Shown piece after piece: positions 57,466-64,000 of a stretch of DNA of 64,000 nucleotides (positions within the stretch are counted from its first letter, which is position 1; every line of letters starts with the position of its first letter). The notes under the pieces are model-generated. The model searched no databases. It worked only from the letters and a program-made list of their open reading frames with translations, and had not been told where the DNA came from. Where the stretch lies: IMG/VR virus record IMGVR_UViG_3300035506_000159; one strand, 5' to 3'. Source of the DNA: an uncultured virus (IMG/VR IMGVR_UViG_3300035506_000159) (lineage: Duplodnaviria; Heunggongvirae; Uroviricota; Caudoviricetes). The translations under genes were made by a program, and so were the position numbers.

Positions 57466-58317
57466 ATGAAAATTTTAAAGCCAGATAAAGTTATCGATGC
57501 TTTAGAATCGCAAGTCATTTTCCCCTTGTCAGAAAATTTTTCTCCTACTTTAGGAGTTATTGTAAATCGTGAAACAGAAGCCGATTCAGCTAGTTATGTG
57601 CGGCAAATTGAAAAAATGGGAAATAAATATAACTGCAACATAGAAATTTTTAATGTTGCAAATATGATTGATGCCGCGATGGCAATTTCAGAATTAAAAA
57701 AGAATTTAAATTGTTTTGGAATTATCATAGTATCAGATTTTGGAGAAGCAACTAGAGCACTTTATGACATGATTCCTCCAAGACTTGATGTTGATTGTTC
57801 TTCTACAACATCTATTGGTATGTTTATGGTTAATAATTCGCCAGTGGGTTTTAGAAAAGCTCCTTGTCCTGTTGTAGCAGCTATTAAAATTTTAGAATAT
57901 GAAAATTATGACTTGGCTGGGAAAAAAGTTGCTATTCTTGGTCGTTCTTTAACTACTGGACGGTTAGCTGCCCATTGTTTTTTGAAAAAAGATGCTACTG
58001 TTACAGTATTTCATACAAAATCTGGAAGAATCAATCTATCGGATTATGATGTTATTGTATCTTGTATAGGCAAGCCAGAATTGATTACAAAGAGTTGGTT
58101 CCCAGATGGTGTAAATGCTCAATATATTATCGATATTGGAATTAATGTCAATGATGAAGGAAAACTTTGCGGCGATGTGAGAAAAAAAGATTTTGAAAAT
58201 ACAAATGTTGCAATTACTCCAGTGCCAGGAGGAATTGGAAAATTAGCTACTACTATATTATTTACAAAAGTTTATGCTAATACTAAAGCATTAACATCAA
58301 CCGTAAAATATACATGA
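57466..58317 (+). CDS. folD: FolD-like methylene-THF dehydrogenase (divergent)
   Basis: DVD, PC, ILGRS..GR, ATVT..H, IDIGIN..GDV, TPVPGGIG. Confidence 0.82.
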   Translation: MKILKPDKVIDALESQVIFPLSENFSPTLGVIVNRETEADSASYVRQIEKMGNKYNCNIEIFNVANMIDAAMAISELKKNLNCFGIIIVSDFGEATRALYDMIPPRLDVDCSSTTSIGMFMVNNSPVGFRKAPCPVVAAIKILEYENYDLAGKKVAILGRSLTTGRLAAHCFLKKDATVTVFHTKSGRINLSDYDVIVSCIGKPELITKSWFPDGVNAQYIIDIGINVNDEGKLCGDVRKKDFENTNVAITPVPGGIGKLATTILFTKVYANTKALTSTVKYT

Positions 58318-58811
58318 GATATTTAAGTTTAGATCAGGCTTTAAAAGTAAGTGGATGGGCAATATTTGATAATACAAAATTGATTGCTCATGGCACATTC
58401 ACTATTCCATCAAATAAACCAATAGAACAAAGATTAAATATGATGATGAAAAATCTTTGTGAATTGGAAAATGAATATGATTTTGATATGATATTTTTTG
58501 AAGATATTCAAAATCAAAATAATAATGAAACATTTAAAAAGCTAGCATACACACAAGCCGCAATTCTTATATGGTGTTATAGTGTTGAAAAACCATATGA
58601 CATTTTATCTCCATCCCACTGGAGAAAGATAATTAAAGACAAGTGCGGCAAATCGTTCGGAAGAGCGAGGACAGAACAAAAACAAAATGCAATTGATTTT
58701 GTTAAAGAACATTATAATGAAGATGTTGATAGCGATACAGCAGATGCAATATGTATAGGCTATGCCGCAATATCTGAATTAAAGAACAATAATAAAAACA
58801 GTGCATGGTAA
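58314..58811 (+). CDS. RuvC-like Holliday junction resolvase
   Basis: LSLDQ..SGWA, FED, PSHWRK, D.ADAI.IG. Confidence 0.82.
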   Translation: MRYLSLDQALKVSGWAIFDNTKLIAHGTFTIPSNKPIEQRLNMMMKNLCELENEYDFDMIFFEDIQNQNNNETFKKLAYTQAAILIWCYSVEKPYDILSPSHWRKIIKDKCGKSFGRARTEQKQNAIDFVKEHYNEDVDSDTADAICIGYAAISELKNNNKNSAW

Positions 58812-58812
58812 T

Positions 58813-58846
58813 AAAAAAAGGGACTACCTTAATGGTAGTCCCTTTT
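58813..58846. terminator. bidirectional terminator between replication and late modules
   Basis: A7-GGGACTACC/GGTAGTCCC-T4. Confidence 0.85.
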
Positions 58847-58857
58847 ATTTTTATATT

Positions 58858-59217
58858 TTATTCTTCTGAAGAATCGTCAGAAGTATCATCAGAACCAGAA
58901 AGTTCAATTACATCAATATTAATATTATTGTCCTTTAGAAAAGCTGCAAAAGCATCATACAGACCAGAACTTGCAGCACCACTAATGCCACCAGCAACAA
59001 CAGCTTGAAGAATTGTATTCGCATCAACAAGAGGATTACCGCAAACGGTAATAATAACAGAAACAATAATACCTTCGATAGTAACAAAAACTGGAATCCA
59101 ACGATTTTCAAAAGTTTCATCTGAAATAGCGTGCTTTAGAATATAACCAGTAATCAAAGCAAGAAGAACAACTGGAATTAAAAGATAATCACTTACAATA
59201 TTAGTAATATCTAACAT
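58858..59217 (-). CDS. holin
   Basis: 2-3 TM helices, GYILK..NRWIP..G.ISG.ASSGLY; end of the late module. Confidence 0.75.
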   Translation of the reverse strand: MLDITNIVSDYLLIPVVLLALITGYILKHAISDETFENRWIPVFVTIEGIIVSVIITVCGNPLVDANTILQAVVAGGISGAASSGLYDAFAAFLKDNNINIDVIELSGSDDTSDDSSEE

Positions 59218-59236
59218 ATCTGTCTCCCTTCAGATA

Positions 59237-60193
59237 TTAAGATGTTTGAATCCAAATTAAACAAGTAGCAGAAGAAGGTTCTTCTGAAGAAACTGTAACA
59301 ACATCAGATGCTGCTTTTCCAGATAAAGCATTGTATACGGCATTGCTTGTTGGTAAAGAAGCACTTCCAGAAGATATGGATGTAGTCGCGGCTCTTAGCG
59401 CAGCAGAGCCAAGACCAAGATTTGTTCTAGCCATAGATGCTGTGGTGGCTCCAGTTCCTCCGTTTTCGATAGCAACAGAAGATATAGCTTTAGGAATTCC
59501 CTCAGAAAAATATACTGGTTGATTTTCAGAACCAGTATTTACTATATCTGTAAAATTATCTCCCATTAACCTACAAGCTTGCAATGCAGCTGCAGAATAT
59601 GCGGTATTCATGTTTACAAATTTTTCACCGTCAAATAGACCAGTGGGATTTCCAACTAAATTGCTTTCTGGTTCCTGAGATAATTCTACTGGTATACCAT
59701 CTTTGAAATATACTGGAACACTTGAAGAACCAATAGAATACGTATCAGGTGGAGTTGGATCGGTAGGGTCCCAGCTAGCAAAATCAGAGTCATTTTTAAT
59801 TAACTTAGTTGCATATATTGCTGAACCATTATTTTTAACCGTAATATTTTTAGTTGCTATTGGAGTTCCAGAAGAAAAATATACTGGGTGTAGACTATCT
59901 GTATTTAATCCAACACCAGAAGAATTTGCCAATTTTTGTGCAGCAGCTGCTACGCCACTCAAATCTGCGAGTGAATGTGTATGGTTAGAATCTGATTTAT
60001 TTGCTACAGTTTCTTTTAAGGAGGATATATCGCTGCTATTGGTTGAAATAGCATCAGCATCTAGTGAAACACGTTTGTTATTTACGTCTACTGCTAAAAC
60101 ATTTTTATCCGTCGCAGCATAAATCGCACCATTTTCAATAGCTTTTGCGTCAATCTTGGCTTGAGTACCAGTATAAAATTTAGCTTTAGCCAA
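59237..60193 (-). CDS. tail fibre/appendage protein
   Basis: PVYF..G.P repeats, ENGGTGATT..ARTNLG; TTG start after AGGAGG. Confidence 0.65.
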   Translation of the reverse strand: MAKAKFYTGTQAKIDAKAIENGAIYAATDKNVLAVDVNNKRVSLDADAISTNSSDISSLKETVANKSDSNHTHSLADLSGVAAAAQKLANSSGVGLNTDSLHPVYFSSGTPIATKNITVKNNGSAIYATKLIKNDSDFASWDPTDPTPPDTYSIGSSSVPVYFKDGIPVELSQEPESNLVGNPTGLFDGEKFVNMNTAYSAAALQACRLMGDNFTDIVNTGSENQPVYFSEGIPKAISSVAIENGGTGATTASMARTNLGLGSAALRAATTSISSGSASLPTSNAVYNALSGKAASDVVTVSSEEPSSATCLIWIQTS

Positions 60194-60264
60194 AATTCCT
60201 CCTTTCAAAATATATAAAATAGTAGGGAGAATTAAATCTCCCTACTATATCAATTAGTTATATA

Positions 60265-61944
60265 TTAGAGTGTCTGCCATTCAAGAGCACTATCAGTATA
60301 GCTCTTGGCAGAAGATAGAGCAGTATTAGCTTGAGTCTCAGCATAGGTCTTAGCAGTAGCTAGGTTAGTATCACTGTGAGCATTTGCGTTAGTTTCAGCA
60401 GTACTAGCAACAGTATCTGCGTAGGACTTTGCGGAAGATAGAGCATCATCAGCTGCGCCAGCAGCATCATATGCACTAGAAGCAGTATAAGCAGCAGAGC
60501 CAAGACCCTTAACCGCAACATCAGTACCATTAAATGCAACACTACCATCAGTAGAACCAGTAGTAAGAGTATAAGTTGGAAGGTTTGCACGAGTTACAGC
60601 AATAACACCATCAGTCTCAGAGACAGCGGAAACATACTTACCAGTTACAGCAGAATCAGTATAATCAAGGCCACCAATAGCGGTAGAAATCTTAGTATCA
60701 GCATTGGTACCAGCAGTATCAATTGCTTCAGATTTAGCAGTACCAATAGCGGTAGTAAGTTCATCGCTAGCATCGGAAATCCTACCAGTGACGAAATCTT
60801 CAGTTGCATAACCAGTTAGGCTAACTGCAGAATCGCCAATCTTTTCAAACTTACCATTAACAAGCATGTACTCGTCATAGCCTTGACCATCAACTGCATC
60901 GCTCTTAGCAACCATATAAATGGTGTGTTCGTTAGCTGTATCAATCGATTGAAGAGAGGAAACAATTTCACGCTTTAGGTGTCCTGCATTGGCAACAGCA
61001 GTAGCGATAGCAGAATCAGCTTCACCCTTAGTGTATGCATCAGTGATGCCGTAGCCAGCAAGAGTGGTTGCCTTATCTGCCTTCTTATCAAGACCAGTAT
61101 CAGCGTAGCTCTTGGCTTCAGTAAGAGCAGAATCAGCAGCAGACTTTGCGGCAGCTGCAGCGGTACTAGAAACTGAACCTTCACCAGTGCCATTTAGAAC
61201 TTCTAGAGCAGATTTATTAGCATTAGCAGTACTGGTAACAGAAGTAATGTCAGTTTGAGCCTGTCCAACACTTGCTTCTAGAGTATCAATATCGCCTTCG
61301 GCAGTTTCAACACGAGTAGTAAGAGCAGCAATATTACTCTCGTTAGTTGCAACTTGACCATTTTCAAGAGCAGAAACAGCTTTAGAAACCTTACCAACTT
61401 CAGTATCAGTATAGCTCTCAGCTTCAGTTAGAGTTGAAGAAGCAGAATCTGCAACTGCTTTTGCTACAGAGCCTTCAGTAGTAGCACCACCATTTAGAGT
61501 ATCAATAGCAGACTTGTTTTCAGCAATAGCATCTGCATTTTCACCAATAGAAGTCGTATGACCAGCAACAGTTTTCTTAAGTTCATCAACATCCTTAGAA
61601 ATATCAGCAGTACCACCAGTAATCTGGGATGCAACATAAGCATAAACTTGTTGAGCAGTAGCAAAACCAGTGTCAGAATCATTGATTGAAGAAGCAGGAA
61701 TTACTACATCTACATATGCACTACCATTATAGAACTTAACTTGTTGATTTTCAGTATTAATATATAGAGTATTAACCTCGCCAGATGCGGGGAAAGAAGC
61801 AACTGCCTTTACGCAAGCACCAGAATAGGCTTGATTGCCCTTATAAATTTGGTGAGTATCAGTAACAAAGTAAAGAGCATTGTCATCTAGATTGCTGGAG
61901 GTTAAATTAGCAAGGGTAGTTGTATAAAATTTAACTTGAGCCAT
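60265..61944 (-). CDS. tail fibre-like coiled-coil protein
   Basis: AKSYAD/YTD repeats, KADKATTLAGYGITDAYTK repeat. Confidence 0.7.
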   Translation of the reverse strand: MAQVKFYTTTLANLTSSNLDDNALYFVTDTHQIYKGNQAYSGACVKAVASFPASGEVNTLYINTENQQVKFYNGSAYVDVVIPASSINDSDTGFATAQQVYAYVASQITGGTADISKDVDELKKTVAGHTTSIGENADAIAENKSAIDTLNGGATTEGSVAKAVADSASSTLTEAESYTDTEVGKVSKAVSALENGQVATNESNIAALTTRVETAEGDIDTLEASVGQAQTDITSVTSTANANKSALEVLNGTGEGSVSSTAAAAAKSAADSALTEAKSYADTGLDKKADKATTLAGYGITDAYTKGEADSAIATAVANAGHLKREIVSSLQSIDTANEHTIYMVAKSDAVDGQGYDEYMLVNGKFEKIGDSAVSLTGYATEDFVTGRISDASDELTTAIGTAKSEAIDTAGTNADTKISTAIGGLDYTDSAVTGKYVSAVSETDGVIAVTRANLPTYTLTTGSTDGSVAFNGTDVAVKGLGSAAYTASSAYDAAGAADDALSSAKSYADTVASTAETNANAHSDTNLATAKTYAETQANTALSSAKSYTDSALEWQTL

Positions 61945-61964
61945 TAGTTTATCTCCTTTTTAAT

Positions 61965-62390
61965 TTATAAAGTAGACCAAATAGTTTTATTAGAAACCAT
62001 TATATAATCATTAGTTAAAGTATCCCATTTATAAATAGCATCATCCGCAACGTATAATGTATTCGTATCTCCCTGTGCGGGGAAAGTATCAACTCCTCCC
62101 ATATAAACGGGATTTAAATTGTCAGGTGAGATTTGAGTCCAACCCTCTTTATATCGCCAAAGGATTGCAGTATTTTCTACAAAATAAAATCCTTCAACAG
62201 GAGCAAGGACTGCTTTTCTATCTTCATCTGTTGGGAAGACTTGCACACAATTGTATGCAAGTCTTAACCCATTATAGTCTAGAAAGAGTTGTTTAGTATC
62301 GGTAGTAAAGATTAATTGCCCATCTTTTACTTCCAAGGCGGATAGTCGGCTATTTACAGTTGCATACATTTTTACAATTGCATTAGCCAT
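61965..62390 (-). CDS. structural-module protein
   Basis: Shares N-terminal module and FPAxG..NTLY with neighbour. Confidence 0.65.
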   Translation of the reverse strand: MANAIVKMYATVNSRLSALEVKDGQLIFTTDTKQLFLDYNGLRLAYNCVQVFPTDEDRKAVLAPVEGFYFVENTAILWRYKEGWTQISPDNLNPVYMGGVDTFPAQGDTNTLYVADDAIYKWDTLTNDYIMVSNKTIWSTL

Positions 62391-62411
62391 TAGCAAACCT
62401 CTTTACTTTAA

Positions 62412-63935
62412 TTAAAATTCATTCATAACTAGAGCTGCATTAGCTACTGCTGTATCAGTATAGGAATTAGCTGTAGAAATAGCATTGGTTACATAACTTG
62501 TAACAGTAACATCTGCATTTTCATCACCGCTAAAATCGCTACCAAGTCGGCTATCAATATACTGTACAGCGGCATTGTAATTGGTATCTCCACTAGTTTG
62601 TATATCTTTAATCTTAGTGTTGACATATCCTACAACAGTAGAAGCGTCTTCAAGATTACCAATTCTATCACTTATAGCAGATGTAACATCAGAAGAAGTA
62701 GCATAGTCTCCTAGTGCTTCTGTAATAGCTGCGGAAACTTCATCTGCATCTTGAAAACGATCATCTGCATCAGATTTAGTATAATAACTTTCAAGAGCAG
62801 TCTCAATTGCAGTATTAACTTCAGTAGAAGTAACTTTAGTATTAAGATTTTCAGTAATTGGTTTTAGAAGTTCATCAACAGCAGCAGAGGTATAATAATT
62901 TTCAAGAGCATTGGTATCTGCTTCAATCTTAGTTTCTAGAACTTTGTCAATTTTTGTACGCTCTTCAGTAATCTTATCATCGACAGCAGAGAGAAGTTCA
63001 TCTTGAGTAAGCTTATAAGTATCAAGTTGCTTTTTATTCTCATGAGTATGTGCTTTATCAATTGTATCTTGAAGAGACTCAAGAGAAACTGTAGAGTCCT
63101 TAATCTTTTTACCAGTTAATCCGTCAAAGACTGCGATATTTGCATCGATAGCAGATTCTGGCCCAATAACAAATTCTGAACCATCAATATTAACATTGAC
63201 TACAATAAAGTCAGAGTCTTGTGCGTTTTCAGAATCAGCAACGACAATGATCAAATCGCCAACTTCGCAAACCTGTCCTGCATAAGTGCCAGCTTCAGTA
63301 ACACGGAAAGTTTGACCAATTTTAACTTCAGATGGAAGTTGAGTTTCAGAATTAACAACACCAACAGTGAAAGAATTGATACCATTAACTAGAGCATCAA
63401 CATAATGCTTAGTTGCAGCTTCAAGGTCTTGAGTTGGGTCTGCGGCAAGCTTAACGGAGCCAGTAAATTCCGCGCCAGATAAAGCTGCATAGTTTTCAAA
63501 TTCAGCTTTTAGATTAGCAAGTTGTTCAGAAAGAGAGCCATCTTCTTCAGAAGTAACATCTTCAAAAACAACTACGAAATCAGAGCCATTATAGATATAA
63601 CCTTTACTTTCGCCAGTAACAATATAAACGACGCCTTGTTCAGGAGATGTTATAGAAGCAAGATTAGTAACAACTTGAACAAATTGCTTCATTTGAGATT
63701 GGTCAACACCAACCTTTTCTAGTGAATAATTACCAGCTTCTCCTTGGAGTACATAAGTTTCATATACACCATTTTGTAGAACCTTGATAGTTTGACCAGC
63801 ATAGGCATTTGCAGCCTTAGCATAGACTAGCGCTTCCTCATAGGAATCCCAAACTTCAGAAGCATCCAAAGGCAAGGCATTACCACGAGAATAGGCTTTA
63901 ACAGCAACTAGAAGATTCTTAGATTCAATAGCCAT
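62412..63935 (-). CDS. tail/appendage structural protein
   Basis: ADPT..LEAATKHYVD, YYT repeats, AGGAGG SD. Confidence 0.65.
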   Translation of the reverse strand: MAIESKNLLVAVKAYSRGNALPLDASEVWDSYEEALVYAKAANAYAGQTIKVLQNGVYETYVLQGEAGNYSLEKVGVDQSQMKQFVQVVTNLASITSPEQGVVYIVTGESKGYIYNGSDFVVVFEDVTSEEDGSLSEQLANLKAEFENYAALSGAEFTGSVKLAADPTQDLEAATKHYVDALVNGINSFTVGVVNSETQLPSEVKIGQTFRVTEAGTYAGQVCEVGDLIIVVADSENAQDSDFIVVNVNIDGSEFVIGPESAIDANIAVFDGLTGKKIKDSTVSLESLQDTIDKAHTHENKKQLDTYKLTQDELLSAVDDKITEERTKIDKVLETKIEADTNALENYYTSAAVDELLKPITENLNTKVTSTEVNTAIETALESYYTKSDADDRFQDADEVSAAITEALGDYATSSDVTSAISDRIGNLEDASTVVGYVNTKIKDIQTSGDTNYNAAVQYIDSRLGSDFSGDENADVTVTSYVTNAISTANSYTDTAVANAALVMNEF

Positions 63936-63961
63936 GTTCTTTTTCCTCCTTTACCTTTGAA

Positions 63962-64000
63962 TTAAATAGTAACCTTGAAAGTCATGCCAGCTGCAGCGGG
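63962..64000 (-). CDS. C-terminus of an upstream structural gene (partial)
   Basis: ..PAAAGMTFKVTI* entering the window. Confidence 0.45.
   Translation of the reverse strand, partial: PAAAGMTFKVTI

Noticed and set aside
752..63722. Many antisense or alternate-frame ORFs in the track (e.g. 6522..7343 -, 12957..13979 -, 59703..60122 +)
   Set aside because: Shadows of well-supported genes, without SD or recognisable motifs
1..64000. Stop-codon reassignment
   Set aside because: Long conserved genes are intact in the standard code, TAG ends genes at sensible places, and no suppressor tRNA is present

Overview
A 64 kb segment of a large, AT-rich (roughly 30% GC by eye) tailed phage using the standard genetic code. 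Sigma-A-type promoters, Firmicute-style Shine-Dalgarno sites and NrdD/NrdG suggest a Gram-positive anaerobic host, but that is inference. 1-17.5 kb: many small early ORFs with their own TTGACA/TATAAT promoters, RuvB, a Lar-like protein, a kinase-like protein, a TROVE/Ro60 gene preceded by two Y-RNA-like hairpin RNAs, and two candidate sRNAs. 17.6-22.3 kb: four paralogous tail-fibre-tip-like genes and two paralogous chaperone-like genes, outside the structural module. 22.4-28.7 kb: two degenerate phosphoesterases, seven tRNAs and an RNA-repair set (Rnl1-type ligase, kinase, phosphoesterase). 28.9-58.8 kb: replication and nucleotide metabolism (type II topoisomerase, DNA ligase, formate/nitrite transporter, PhoH, ThyX, SSB, Sak4-like ATPase, DnaB, primase, RecJ, DnaE, Gmk, NrdD/G, dUTPase, FolD-like, RuvC-like), with group I introns in the ATPase gene and nrdD. 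58.9-64 kb: minus-strand holin and tail genes. Most interesting signals: (i) a C-rich sRNA complementary to GGGG motifs in structured leaders of the fibre paralogs and to the loops of a second sRNA, a possible RNA circuit for receptor-protein choice; (ii) Ro60 with Y-like RNAs; (iii) strong window-wide excess of TGCGG/CCGCA. All calls are by-eye motif recognition; no searches or folding programs were run.
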